A DNA stretch of 40,859 nt from Cellvibrionales bacterium (GCA_002726445.1 PBSZ01000062.1:1-40859), one strand, 5' to 3'. Positions 17,716 to 28,529 are shown, counted from the stretch's first letter. Translations and numbers: made by a program. Notes: generated by a model from the letters alone, not told the origin.

Positions 17716-17898
17716 ATGAAACAGCTCTTTTATTTAATTTTACTGGCTCTGTCAACGACAGCAACAGCCCATCATGAGGCTGGGATCGCTGAAGATTACC
17801 AAGCTTCGGCTGCGCTGTTACTGATGATGCTGGTATTCCTAATAGGCTCAATCACGATTACAGTTCAATCTTACTTGAACAAACCAGCCGGTAAATAA
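17716..17898 (+). CDS. small secreted/membrane-anchored protein, hypothetical (predicted mature N-terminus His-His)
   Basis: A GGAGA lies 5 nt upstream of the ATG at 17716. 60 aa. Signal-peptide-like MKQLFYLILLALSTTATA followed by HHEAGIAEDYQ, then one C-terminal TM helix (LLLMMLVFLIGSITITV). The ORF-track start at 17683 lacks an RBS. Confidence 0.5.
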   Translation: MKQLFYLILLALSTTATAHHEAGIAEDYQASAALLLMMLVFLIGSITITVQSYLNKPAGK

Positions 17899-17971
17899 AA
17901 TTGTTAACAAACCAAATGGCAAATTAAGCAACTTGAATATTTAAAGATCAGAACAAAGAAGAGTCCATAGA

Positions 17972-18442
17972 ATGAAAATAAGCATTTCTAAAGTCCAAGC
18001 ACACTGTGATATTCCATGTAAAATTTACGACCCTGGTACAGCCCAGTACGCCACCTTAAGCGTTATCCGGCTATTAGATCTTATCAATGAACTTCCTGAC
18101 ACATTGAACATTGCGCAGCAGGCACAACTCGCTCGCTTAGTCGATCAAAAAGAAACGCATTCGGCCGAAGTTAAACAATTAGTGAGCACTATATGGGGAG
18201 ACTATTTTAAGCAACCGCAAATAACGGCTTTTCCTGAGATACACGAACTGGTGCATAGTATTATGCAGCAGGCTTCAAGGTGTAAACAGGGTATCAATCG
18301 GGATGATGGTGAGGAACTTTTAGTCAGTGTTAATCGGTTTGCTGAAATTTTTTGGCACACTAAGGGCATGTTAACAAAAACAATGCTTGCTCCTTACCCA
18401 CCCGCACTGCCCATTGTGCAACCGGTGCTTGATGAGGCTTAA
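17972..18442 (+). CDS. sodN: nickel-containing superoxide dismutase precursor
   Basis: A 10-aa propeptide MKISISKVQA is followed by HCDIPCKIYDP, which fits the Ni-hook motif HCxxPCxxY that must become the mature N-terminus. A cognate protease gene lies immediately downstream. Confidence 0.9.
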   Translation: MKISISKVQAHCDIPCKIYDPGTAQYATLSVIRLLDLINELPDTLNIAQQAQLARLVDQKETHSAEVKQLVSTIWGDYFKQPQITAFPEIHELVHSIMQQASRCKQGINRDDGEELLVSVNRFAEIFWHTKGMLTKTMLAPYPPALPIVQPVLDEA

Positions 18443-18716
18443 GTTGTTTCGGGTCACAGGCAACAGCATGCTGCCTGCTTTAAAAGACAAAGATTTTATT
18501 CTAGCAAGACAGTCTAGCAATCTTGACCCAGGCGATATTGTCGTAATGAATCTGCCTGACTACGGTCAAGTGGTTAAGCGAATACACAGCATCTCAACTG
18601 ACTCGATAAAGCTTAGCGGCGATAATCCAAGACTGACCTCCTCATGCTGTGAGCAAACCCAATTAAAAGACCACTTAATCGGTAAGATGATCGCTAAATT
18701 CTCACTGCCTTTTTAA
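18432..18716 (+). CDS. sodX: NiSOD maturation endopeptidase (S26 signal-peptidase family)
   Basis: VTGNSMLPAL (catalytic Ser) and VVKRI (catalytic Lys) form the S26 dyad context. My preferred ATG at 18432 overlaps the sodN stop by 11 nt. The ORF-track start at 18387 is less likely. Confidence 0.8.
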   Translation: MRLKLFRVTGNSMLPALKDKDFILARQSSNLDPGDIVVMNLPDYGQVVKRIHSISTDSIKLSGDNPRLTSSCCEQTQLKDHLIGKMIAKFSLPF

Positions 18717-18995
18717 CAATAATTAAAAGCTCGACTTTGGTTTAGTGAAAATCCAGGGCTATGCAAGACTTGAGGCTAAGACAGTCCTTGCAGGACAAGT
18801 CTCGTTCCGCCCAAGGCCTATCATAAAGAGCTGTAATTTGGGTACTTTATGGCATAATAAAGCGATCAAACGGTTTTTTGCGCCTTATTATTGCTTTAAG
18901 CCTTCACCCTCCCGCTGGCATATGCCAAACTGCTGCTTTATAAGCGAAAGAAAAACAGTGGAAAAACGCCACCAACTGACAGGACTTTACCGTCA

Positions 18996-19814
18996 ATGAT
19001 GAATATGGCTAATTTAGCAACTCTAGCATGCATGCTGTTTTATTTAATAGCTGTCATTCAGCTGCTGGCCAACCTGAGTCAGAGTTCAAAAACGGTCACT
19101 GATTCTAGCAGCCCGGTTCCTCTGTTGGGCTTAATCGGTGCAGTCATGCACTTCATTGTTATTTTGATCGATGCCAAACAAAATCAGGGATTAAGCAGCA
19201 GTTTTTTTGATGCCCTGTCAATCACGGCCTTTATCGTGGTGAATATGTGCTTAATTGCACAAACGCGCTACCCATTAAGAATACTGTTTATTCCAGTATT
19301 TTTAATTTCAATTATCTGTGTGGCGATGGCAAACCGCGTATCTTTGCATATTCCTATTGTTGCCAGCTCACCTGGCATGCTAACCCATATTTTAAGTTCT
19401 ATCATCGCCTACAGCTTGTTGTGCATCGCCGCACTGCAAGCAGTGGCCCTACAAATGATTGATTACAGCTTGAGAGAGCGCAGCGACAGTATATGGCTGC
19501 GTCAATTGCCACCGTTGCAAACGATAGAAACGCTACTGTTTCAATTCATCACCACAGGCTGGTTAATTTTGACGGTTGCATTGGTCTCAGGTGGTGTCTA
19601 TATCGAGGATTTCTTCTCGCAGCACCTCGCGCATAAAACCGTATTGTCGTTGCTTTCTTGGCTATTATTTGGTTTATTACTGCTAGGCCGTCATCGCTAT
19701 GGCTGGCGTGGCAGCCTAGCGGTTAAATGGACCTTAACTGCATTTATCGCCTTAGTATTGGCCTATTTTGGCACTCACTTCGTCCTCGAAATTATCTTGA
19801 AAAGAACCGTTTAA
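18996..19814 (+). CDS. ypjD: inner-membrane protein of the cytochrome c assembly (CcsA-like) family, YpjD homologue
   Basis: 272 aa, polytopic. LPPLQTIE...HKTVLSLLSW...GRHRYGWRG aligns with E. coli YpjD (...MPPLMSIE...DKAVLSIVAW...HYHEGWRG). It is followed by the yfjD-like gene, as in E. coli. Confidence 0.8.
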   Translation: MMNMANLATLACMLFYLIAVIQLLANLSQSSKTVTDSSSPVPLLGLIGAVMHFIVILIDAKQNQGLSSSFFDALSITAFIVVNMCLIAQTRYPLRILFIPVFLISIICVAMANRVSLHIPIVASSPGMLTHILSSIIAYSLLCIAALQAVALQMIDYSLRERSDSIWLRQLPPLQTIETLLFQFITTGWLILTVALVSGGVYIEDFFSQHLAHKTVLSLLSWLLFGLLLLGRHRYGWRGSLAVKWTLTAFIALVLAYFGTHFVLEIILKRTV

Positions 19815-19956
19815 ACATCGAATCTGACGCACCAATAACTGTGATTAGAATGTCCTATTTAGGTCTGATTGTTGCGGAAAAGCAAATTTAAACTTGCCAA
19901 AGGACCTGCTTTTCTACACTATTATGCCTGTGCAATAATCGAGAGGTAAATAAGCC

Positions 19957-21294
19957 TTGGACGCGATTCCAATAAGCTGGCTGAGCATGGCATTAGTTTT
20001 TTTAATTCTATGTTCAGCATTTTTTTCAAGTTCTGAAACCAGCATGATGGCGCTTAACCGCTATCGCTTGAAACATCTAAAACAAAAAGGCCACCGTGGT
20101 GCCAGAAAAGCATCGCGCCTACTTAGCCGCCCAGATCGACTGATTGGTTTAATCCTTATTGGCAATAATTTAGTTAATATAGCGGCAGCTTCACTGGCTA
20201 CGGCTATGGCGGTTAGATTGTATGGCGATGCAGGCTATATTATTGCAACTATCAGTTTAACCTTAGTGATTTTGATTTTTGCCGAGGTCACCCCTAAAAC
20301 CTTTGCCGCTCTTTACCCTGAAAAAATCGCTTTCCCCGCTTCTTATCTTCTACAGCCACTGCAAGCGCTATTTCGTCCCATTGTCATTGTCACCAACTTT
20401 ATCACCAATTCGATTATCCGTTGGCTTGGCGGCAACCCTCAGCATAATCAAAATGATGATTTAAGCTTCGAAGAGCTGAGAGTCCTCGTTCAGGAGTCAA
20501 GCGCTACTATTCCTAAAAAAAGACGTGGCATGTTAGTCAACATCCTTGATTTAGAAAACATTGTCGTCAATGACATCATGATTCCTCGCAATGAGATTTA
20601 CGGCCTTGATATTAATCAAGACGCAGGGGCACTGCTTGAACAAATCCGCTCAAGTGAATACACTCGCCTGCCTATTTTCAGGGACGAATTAGATGATCTC
20701 GTGGGTATATTGCACCTCAGGCAAAGCGCAAGATATTTAATGGCACAGGATAATATTGAAAAAAATACTGATGCTCGACTCGATAAAAGGGCAATGATTG
20801 AATCGGCAAATGAGCCCTACTTTATTCCCGAAGGCACGCCACTTCATACGCAGCTATTCAACTTTCAACGTGAAAAAAGGCGTATTGGCATAGTGGTTGA
20901 TGAATACGGGGTGGTGCTTGGCTTGGTCACCATTGATGATATTTTAGAAGAAATTGTTGGCGATTATACAACGAATTTCACGGAGCAAGTGGCCGATATC
21001 ATTCCCCATGGCGACGATGAGTTTCTCATTATGGGTTCAGCAACACTGCGTGATATCAATAAACAATTGGATTGGGAGTTACCCACGCAGGGCGCTAAAA
21101 CACTGAACGGTCTTTTGCTGGAACAACTTGAATCATTCCCTAAAGCCAGCGGCGTCAGTCTGAGCCTGCAAGAGTATCACTTTGAAGTGCTGGCCATACA
21201 AGACAACATGATTAGTCGGGTAAAATCGAAACGCATTGCTACAAAAAATGAGTCAGAATTTGACGATGATGTTAATCACGTTGACGATGATTAA
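19957..21294 (+). CDS. HlyC/CorC (CNNM) family transporter: DUF21 membrane domain, CBS pair and CorC_HlyC domain
   Basis: 445 aa. FFSSSETSMMALNRYRLKHL (DUF21), a CBS-pair region (IMIPRNEI...) and a C-terminal transporter-associated domain. TTG start at 19957 with a GAGAGG 10 nt upstream. Confidence 0.85.
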   Translation: MDAIPISWLSMALVFLILCSAFFSSSETSMMALNRYRLKHLKQKGHRGARKASRLLSRPDRLIGLILIGNNLVNIAAASLATAMAVRLYGDAGYIIATISLTLVILIFAEVTPKTFAALYPEKIAFPASYLLQPLQALFRPIVIVTNFITNSIIRWLGGNPQHNQNDDLSFEELRVLVQESSATIPKKRRGMLVNILDLENIVVNDIMIPRNEIYGLDINQDAGALLEQIRSSEYTRLPIFRDELDDLVGILHLRQSARYLMAQDNIEKNTDARLDKRAMIESANEPYFIPEGTPLHTQLFNFQREKRRIGIVVDEYGVVLGLVTIDDILEEIVGDYTTNFTEQVADIIPHGDDEFLIMGSATLRDINKQLDWELPTQGAKTLNGLLLEQLESFPKASGVSLSLQEYHFEVLAIQDNMISRVKSKRIATKNESEFDDDVNHVDDD

Positions 21295-21485
21295 AGCAGC
21301 TTACCCGCTTCTTTAGCCCGTTGCCACGAAAGCCGTACAACCGCTTGTTTTTTTTCGTTGCTGTACATTGACCAACAGCCAATTTCTTCAGTACTGCGAA
21401 AACAGCCTTCACAAAAATCATTATTATCTAATACGCAAACACCAATACAGGGTGATGCAATATTTTTTTTCGAGTCATTCGGCAT
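21291..21485 (-). CDS. DUF1289 domain protein (YdhL-like Cys-rich)
   Basis: 64 aa. SPCIGVCVLDNNDFCEGCFRSTEEIGCW is the DUF1289 signature. It overlaps the convergent corC-like stop by 4 nt. Confidence 0.65.
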   Translation of the reverse strand: MPNDSKKNIASPCIGVCVLDNNDFCEGCFRSTEEIGCWSMYSNEKKQAVVRLSWQRAKEAGKLL

Positions 21486-21524
21486 TAATTCTAACCGCTA
21501 CGTTAATAGGCCAATAAGCATCAC

Positions 21525-22052
21525 TTATTTGACCATCGGTTTCAAGTCTTTAATAAATCGCCTTGCATTTTCAACATAGCTATTAGCACTGTGAATAAGT
21601 GCTGCTGATTGCTCGGCAGACAATTGCTTTACCACCTTACCAGGCGAACCTAACACCATTGAGCCATCGGGTATCACCGTGTTTTCAGTTACCAATGCAT
21701 TGGCGCCAATTAAACAGCCTCGGCCAATTTTAGCGCCATTCAATACCACGGCATTAATACCCACTAGACTTCCTTCGCCAATTGAACAACCGTGAAGCAT
21801 GACTTTATGACCAATGGTAACGTGATCACCTATGGTTAGGGGAAAGCCTGGATCGGCATGCAAAACAGCACCATCTTGAACATTTGAGCCTTCGCCGACC
21901 GAAATCTTTTCGCTGTCACCTCTCACGACTACATTAAACCAAATACTGGCATCCGCCTTTAACTCTACATGGCCAATCACGCTGGCATTGGGGGCGATAA
22001 AATTATCTGCCGAATCCAGTGATGGGCTACGTTCGCCTAAATGGTATTTCAT
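21525..22052 (-). CDS. gamma-class carbonic anhydrase family / hexapeptide-repeat protein (YrdA/PaaY-like)
   Basis: 175 aa. Left-handed beta-helix repeats and His ligand context ([21 protein letters not shown]). Confidence 0.85.
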   Translation of the reverse strand: MKYHLGERSPSLDSADNFIAPNASVIGHVELKADASIWFNVVVRGDSEKISVGEGSNVQDGAVLHADPGFPLTIGDHVTIGHKVMLHGCSIGEGSLVGINAVVLNGAKIGRGCLIGANALVTENTVIPDGSMVLGSPGKVVKQLSAEQSAALIHSANSYVENARRFIKDLKPMVK

Positions 22053-22353
22053 AGCTAAATGCCTCTGGTTAAAATTGGCTATCTTAATCTGTGCATCTCA
22101 AAATGCCAGTAAATATATATTTTATGGAAAGTTTGTAAAATCTGTAACAGAAGCAACGCCATTACATGCCCTGAAAATATTTATAACTCACTGTTTTTAA
22201 TGGTAATTATAATGAAATAAGGGGCATTTAAATACGTTGATGATTCATTAACACCTACTATTTTATAGGTTATTTATTGATCAATACAGGTAGATTGAGT
22301 ACTATGAAACATAATCACGCTCAATAACCATTTGGCCAAGCCAAGGATCAGCA

Positions 22354-22773
22354 ATGGATATTCTCAATGAATCTGAAAACAATCCATTATCAGGCTCAAA
22401 ATCCGCCTCCTTGCCAGACTTTGAGACCCTTCGCTGTCTTGCTGAATTTGAACCTCAAAAACTGGAAACCCTTCGAATCGCTTTGTGTCAAAAAGTCATC
22501 GATGATGCACCGATACATGCCAAACAGCGGCTAGCAGGCCTTTTATTTCAACTCAATTCACGACAACTGCTTAATCGCAAAAACTCGATGCTCGCCGAAT
22601 CGGATAACCCATCAGCGACAACTGCCCCCTTAGCTTTAATACAGAATATGCTTAAAGATTTGCATGCCATGCAAACTGAAAGTATTTATTTATCAACCCG
22701 AAAGTACCAAAAGCAATTACAGCCTAGCTCAACAGCCATCATTTATTGCTTCGAAAAAACGGATTCAATCTAA
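22354..22773 (+). CDS. hypothetical protein, DUF3135-like
   Basis: 139 aa. LPDFETLRCLAEFEPQKLETLRIALCQKVIDDAP...KQRLAGLLFQL resembles DUF3135 from memory. Confidence 0.45.
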   Translation: MDILNESENNPLSGSKSASLPDFETLRCLAEFEPQKLETLRIALCQKVIDDAPIHAKQRLAGLLFQLNSRQLLNRKNSMLAESDNPSATTAPLALIQNMLKDLHAMQTESIYLSTRKYQKQLQPSSTAIIYCFEKTDSI

Positions 22774-23082
22774 AGACGGATTAATCTGCCAATACTCATA
22801 GGCAGGCTGTTGGTAAGGATAAACGCTTAACAAACTTTCAAGCACGGCTTTAATCCGCTCAGTAGTGACCACCATCTCAACGCGATATTCATCCACGCCA
22901 TGGTTATCGCCGACTTCACCTAAAAACGGTTTACTGCCAACTAGGGGTCTGAATTGACCCTGACCAAGCACCTGCCAAGCACAACGCTCATAGTCTCCTA
23001 ACTGACCGGCTCCTTGCTCAAATAGTGCATCTTTAACTGATGCCAGATGACTTTTGGGGACAAAAAAACATAATTTATACAT
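22765..23082 (-). CDS. small YqfO/NIF3-insert-domain-like protein
   Basis: 105 aa. MYKLCFFVPKSHLASVKDALFEQGAGQLGDYERCAW...EYRVEMVV resembles the stand-alone ferredoxin-like YqfO-family proteins. The family call is from memory. Confidence 0.45.
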   Translation of the reverse strand: MYKLCFFVPKSHLASVKDALFEQGAGQLGDYERCAWQVLGQGQFRPLVGSKPFLGEVGDNHGVDEYRVEMVVTTERIKAVLESLLSVYPYQQPAYEYWQINPSLD

Positions 23083-23107
23083 AGGCTTGACCTATCAGTC
23101 GATACAT

Positions 23108-23135
23108 TCATAGTCAATCGATCATAGTCAATCGA
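23108..23135. repeat. perfect 14-nt tandem duplication
   Basis: TCATAGTCAATCGA occurs twice, head to tail (23108-23121 and 23122-23135), in the 58-nt spacer between the tgt stop and the start of the next gene. Confidence 0.9.
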
Positions 23136-23140
23136 TGCAT

Positions 23141-24280
<1,140 letters not shown>

Positions 24281-24295
24281 TCATGATTATCTGAA

Positions 24296-25318
24296 TTAAC
24301 GAATAAACATCGCATCACCGTAAGAAAAGAATCGGTACTGTTCGTTAATGGCCTGCTGGTAAGCTGACAAGGTATTTTCTCTTCCTGCAAAAGCACTGAC
24401 TAACATAATTAAACTCGATTGAGGCAAATGAAAATTTGTCAACATCGCGTCTACGGTTTTAAATTGATAACCGGGATAAATAAATATCTCAGTATCACCG
24501 TAGTAAGGCTCAATCCAGCCTGATTCAACGCTAGCAGTCTCAACCGATCGTACCGCCGTCGTGCCAATTGCTATCACCCGTCCGCCCGCTGCCTGAGCCA
24601 TACGAATGTCATTGCAAACGTCAGCGCCCACCTCAACATACTCGGCATGCATTTTATGATCAGGTATATAATGTTCACGCACCGGTTGATAGGTGCCTGC
24701 ACCGACATGTAAGGTCACATAGGTAAAATTGACTCCCTTTTCACCGAGCTTACTGAGCATCGCTTGGTCAAAATGCAAGCCCGCTGTTGGCGCAGCGACC
24801 GCGCCCTCGCGGGAAGAGTAAACGGTTTGATAGCGCTCTCGATCAAGCTTTTCGTCCTCACGATCGATATAAGGTGGTAACGGCATGTGGCCCACTGCCT
24901 GCAAGACCATCGACAAGGAGGCTTCATCGTTACTTTCAATCAAAAACATACCATCGATACGATCGATAACCCGCAGCGACAAACCTTGCTCTAAATGAAT
25001 GATCGTATCCGGCTTAGCTGACTTACTAGCGCGTATTTGAGCGATTCCACGTGAACCGCTAGTAATTCGCTCTATCATCACCTCAACTTTACCACCGCTG
25101 GCTTTCTCACCAAATAATCGCGCTGGAATCACGCGGGTATTATTAAACACCAATAAGTCATTTGGCTGAAGCTGGTCGATTAGATCGGTAAATTGGTGGT
25201 GCAAGACTTGACCATTGGTTTTATCCAATGCTAACAGCCTCGATGCTGTTCGCTGCTCAGTCGGATAACGAGCAATCAATTCATCAGGCAAATGATAATC
25301 AAAGTCAGAAAGGTTCAT
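24296..25318 (-). CDS. queA: S-adenosylmethionine:tRNA ribosyltransferase-isomerase
   Basis: 340 aa. [48 protein letters not shown]. Confidence 0.96.
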   Translation of the reverse strand: MNLSDFDYHLPDELIARYPTEQRTASRLLALDKTNGQVLHHQFTDLIDQLQPNDLLVFNNTRVIPARLFGEKASGGKVEVMIERITSGSRGIAQIRASKSAKPDTIIHLEQGLSLRVIDRIDGMFLIESNDEASLSMVLQAVGHMPLPPYIDREDEKLDRERYQTVYSSREGAVAAPTAGLHFDQAMLSKLGEKGVNFTYVTLHVGAGTYQPVREHYIPDHKMHAEYVEVGADVCNDIRMAQAAGGRVIAIGTTAVRSVETASVESGWIEPYYGDTEIFIYPGYQFKTVDAMLTNFHLPQSSLIMLVSAFAGRENTLSAYQQAINEQYRFFSYGDAMFIR

Positions 25319-25487
25319 GTTTTTTTATAAAATAATCTTAGCAACAATTTTAATGGCAGGTTAGCGGAAAAAATCGAATTAAGCCAGCGAATTACGCGGC
25401 TAATAACCACGCATAAGATATCGCTGCATTGACCAAGGTAATCTCAGCGAGTATAAGCAATAACAAAGTAAGAACAGTTTTTAATAC

Positions 25488-25515
25488 TTGCACACCGCAA
25501 CCGCGCTGATATAAT
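25488..25515 (+). promoter_or_regulatory. sigma70-type promoter for tRNA-Leu
   Basis: TTGCAC (25488-25493), a 16-nt GC-rich spacer, then TATAAT (25510-25515). It lies about 85 nt upstream of the tRNA. Confidence 0.5.
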
Positions 25516-25599
25516 CGCTGTCCGTCGTTTTATATCTGAAATTAATTTTGTACGATGCATTGCAGACGGTACAATCGACCTTATCGAGATTGTTGTAAG

Positions 25600-25684
25600 G
25601 CCAGTGTGGTGAAATTGGTAGACACGCTAGATTCAAAATCTGGTTCCTTCGGGAGTGGCGGTTCGAGTCCGCCCACTGGTACCA
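25600..25684 (+). tRNA. leuX: tRNA-Leu (anticodon CAA), class II with long variable arm
   Basis: 85 nt. GCCAGTG...GGTAGAC...CTAGA-TTCAAAA-TCTGG anticodon arm, variable arm TTCCTTCGGGAGTG, T-arm GGCGGTTCGAGTCCGCC, and an encoded CCA. It parallels E. coli leuX. Confidence 0.92.
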
Positions 25685-25859
25685 TCGAAATTAAATAAGC
25701 AAAACGCTTTTATCGCCCTTTATCTATTACCGTGCCTAGCTTTTTTATCATCGCCCAAAATAGGGCCTATCAAAATAAGATCTAAAGCTTGAATACGCCC
25801 TTTCAGTCGATATTCATCTCAATCGAGACGTGTCTATCTAAAGACGAATCACTTTATGA

Positions 25860-26483
25860 TTAAGAAAATCGCTGACTAAACCGTCTAAAGCTCGAAATAA
25901 TCTTTACACTTCGAAAAGACATTAAGATAAGCGCAATACAGCTGTATATTAAGGCTTCGCCAATATCACTGCGCACTTGCCAGATAAGATGCAGCAGCAC
26001 CAGTAACAAAGCGGCATAAATCGATTGATGCAATTGAATCCATCGCCTACCCAACCGTCGCTGCCAACCCTTTGTTGATGTGATGGCCAAAGGCAGCAGA
26101 ATTACCCATGCCAAAAAACCTACTGTAATGTAAGGCCGCTCTAGAATATCTTCCCATAAATGACGCCACTCTAATTCCAGCAAGAATAAGCAATAGGTCA
26201 ACAAATGAAGACTGGCATAGAAAAATGTAACCAAGCCTAACATGCGTCTATAGTGAACCCATTCAGTAGCGCCGGTTAATTTTCTTAGCGGGTTGATTGC
26301 AAGCGTCAGCAGCAGTAATCGCATCGCCCACTCACCGGTAATATGCGCCATTGCCTTAGCTGGGTCTGGCCCCAAATCATTATTAACAACATTAATGACC
26401 AGCAAAAATAATGGCACCAAGGTAAGAATGAATATAGCCACCTTGCATGCCAAGCGATACTCTTTAAAAATTTGAGCTATCAT
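25860..26483 (-). CDS. msrQ: protein-methionine-sulfoxide reductase heme-binding subunit MsrQ (YedZ)
   Basis: 207 aa, six-TM ferric-reductase-like protein with conserved His residues (RRMLGL...ASLHLLTY, ...LHLIW). It lies directly downstream of msrP. Confidence 0.85.
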   Translation of the reverse strand: MIAQIFKEYRLACKVAIFILTLVPLFLLVINVVNNDLGPDPAKAMAHITGEWAMRLLLLTLAINPLRKLTGATEWVHYRRMLGLVTFFYASLHLLTYCLFLLELEWRHLWEDILERPYITVGFLAWVILLPLAITSTKGWQRRLGRRWIQLHQSIYAALLLVLLHLIWQVRSDIGEALIYSCIALILMSFRSVKIISSFRRFSQRFS

Positions 26484-26511
26484 CTAATTTACCTAGCATG
26501 AGAACAGGTCT

Positions 26512-27522
26512 TCAAAAATAGCGAGTTAAATTCATACCTTTATAAAGACTGGCAACTTGTTCTGCATAGCCATTAAAAGGCAGTGTGTTTATGCGGTTAG
26601 GTTTGAATAACGAGTTTGGCAAGCGGCGCTCAGTTGCCTGACTCCAGCGAGGGTGATTAACCGATGGATTCACATTAGAGTAAAACCCGTATTCATTTGG
26701 CGCGGTGAGATTCCAACTGGTGGGGGGTTGTTGCTCAGTCAAATGAATACGCGTAATCGATTTAATACTCTTGAAACCGTACTTCCAAGGCACCACCAAC
26801 CTCAAAGGCGCGCCATTTTGATTGGGCAATGTTTTACCGTACATGCCCACAGCCAAAATAGTCAACGGATGCATCGCTTCATCAATACGCAGCCCTTCGA
26901 CGTAGGGCCAATCTATTGTGCTAAACCGCGATCGCTGTCCGCGCATTTCACTTGGCCGGTTGAGCGTTTCAAAAGCCACATACCTCGCCTTGCTAGTCGG
27001 AGAAAATCGCTTTAGTAAATCTGCCAAAGGAAAGCCCACCCAGGGAATGACCATTGACCAAGCCTCGACACAGCGCAAACGATAAATTCGTTCTTGTAAT
27101 GCATGCGGTTTTATAATGTCTTCTAAATGATAATGGCCTGGCTTTTCAACCTCACCTGAAATATCAACAGACCAGGGTGATACGGTCATTGCAGAGGCGT
27201 AGCGTTTTGGATCGGATTTATCCATACCAAATTCGTAAAAATTGTTATAGCTAGCGGCATCTTCAAAAGGCGTTTGCTTTTCGCGGGTCTGGTAAGGTGG
27301 CTCTGCCGCTGAATAAACTAACGGAGGTTGGCTAAGGCATGTATGGTCAACGGCATCTTTCGCCTGGACCAGCTGATACGGCAGACATAAACCCATTGCA
27401 GCCTGCGCACTGCGATGAATAAACTGCCGGCGATTAATGTAATCTGCCTCTGGCGTTATTTCAAAGCTAAGAATATCAGTCTTTATAGTGGTGTTTGAAC
27501 GCATTTTTTTTGCTCTGTACAA
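26512..27522 (-). CDS. msrP: protein-methionine-sulfoxide reductase catalytic subunit MsrP (YedY), molybdopterin
   Basis: 336 aa. Tat signal [16 protein letters not shown] and sulfite-oxidase-fold motifs ([36 protein letters not shown]). The start could be 27522 or 27504. Confidence 0.9.
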   Translation of the reverse strand: MYRAKKMRSNTTIKTDILSFEITPEADYINRRQFIHRSAQAAMGLCLPYQLVQAKDAVDHTCLSQPPLVYSAAEPPYQTREKQTPFEDAASYNNFYEFGMDKSDPKRYASAMTVSPWSVDISGEVEKPGHYHLEDIIKPHALQERIYRLRCVEAWSMVIPWVGFPLADLLKRFSPTSKARYVAFETLNRPSEMRGQRSRFSTIDWPYVEGLRIDEAMHPLTILAVGMYGKTLPNQNGAPLRLVVPWKYGFKSIKSITRIHLTEQQPPTSWNLTAPNEYGFYSNVNPSVNHPRWSQATERRLPNSLFKPNRINTLPFNGYAEQVASLYKGMNLTRYF

Positions 27523-27595
27523 CAGTCATTCCATTACAAACATTTGACCGCTAAATATAAAAGGCGTTCCCATGCTGCAAAATGATGAATTAAGT

Positions 27596-28453
27596 TTACC
27601 TTTTGCTGCTAAGCCGCCGCCATAAACTTGCTATCGGTCCAGAAAAAGCATAGCTACAGGCTAATAAAAATAATACCTTAGGCGGGTCTGTGGCTATTAG
27701 GCCAATCAATAAAATAAACAGCAACAGAGCAGCAACTGAAACGCGACGACTGAAATTAATGCCTTTAAAACTATGATAACGAACATTAGCAATCATTAGA
27801 AAACTCACCACTGCCGTTAGGAAGGCCATAGTAATCACTAATACAAAAGGAAGTGAGGTTGTTGTATACCCTAAATCGTATCCCAGCCAGACGGCTGAGG
27901 CCACTAATGTCGCCGCTGGCGGACTAGCAAGGCCGCTGAAATATCGGTTGTCGGCAGTGTCTGCTGCTGCATTAAAACGCGCTAAGCGAATAGCTGCACT
28001 AGCCACGTAAAGAAATGCTACTGCCCAGCCCAATTTACCTAAATCAGATAGGCACCACATAAACACGATAATTGCGGGCGCTAAGCCAAACGTCACCATA
28101 TCAGAGAGCGAATCAAACTCTTGACCAAATCGACTTTGCGTATTGGTCATACGCGCAACTCGACCATCAAGACCATCGAGCAGTTGACCAAAAAAAATCG
28201 CCAGTCCTGCAGCGGCAAAATCGCCATTTATAGCGGCAATAATAGCGAAAAAACCGGCAAACAAAGCTGCTGAAGTGAATAGGTTAGGTAGTAGATAAAT
28301 CCCTTTCCGGCGGACTTTTTTACCCCCCTCAGACACCTCCTCTACCATTTCATCAATCGGTAAGAAATCTTCTAACGGAGTAACCTCATCACTGTCATCT
28401 TTAAACGCCTCAAGTGAAGGCTTATCTTGATCGTCATCTAATTCATTACTCAT
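27596..28453 (-). CDS. pssA: CDP-diacylglycerol--serine O-phosphatidyltransferase
   Basis: 285 aa. CDP-alcohol phosphatidyltransferase motif DGLDGRVARMTNTQSRFGQEFDSLSD and an acidic N-terminal extension, as in Pseudomonas PssA. Confidence 0.9.
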   Translation of the reverse strand: MSNELDDDQDKPSLEAFKDDSDEVTPLEDFLPIDEMVEEVSEGGKKVRRKGIYLLPNLFTSAALFAGFFAIIAAINGDFAAAGLAIFFGQLLDGLDGRVARMTNTQSRFGQEFDSLSDMVTFGLAPAIIVFMWCLSDLGKLGWAVAFLYVASAAIRLARFNAAADTADNRYFSGLASPPAATLVASAVWLGYDLGYTTTSLPFVLVITMAFLTAVVSFLMIANVRYHSFKGINFSRRVSVAALLLFILLIGLIATDPPKVLFLLACSYAFSGPIASLWRRLSSKR

Positions 28454-28529
28454 GATAGTTGATCCAATACAAATTATTTAATAAGGGTTAACACTTTCAA
28501 TGGCAGCATTAAGCCCGCTGATCGATGAA

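Noticed and set aside
17972-18004. Lys at position 7 of the Ni-hook (HCDIPCKIY versus Streptomyces HCDLPCGVY), considered as an anomalous active site
   Set aside because: The conserved NiSOD signature as generally defined is HCxxPCxxY. Position 7 is variable in marine sequences, so this is not by itself unusual.
18745-18999. 84-aa ORF (GTG start) between sodX and ypjD
   Set aside because: It has no RBS. Its composition is highly basic and Cys/Trp-containing, and looks random. It has no recognisable motif and overlaps the ypjD start. It is most likely a chance ORF in an intergenic region.
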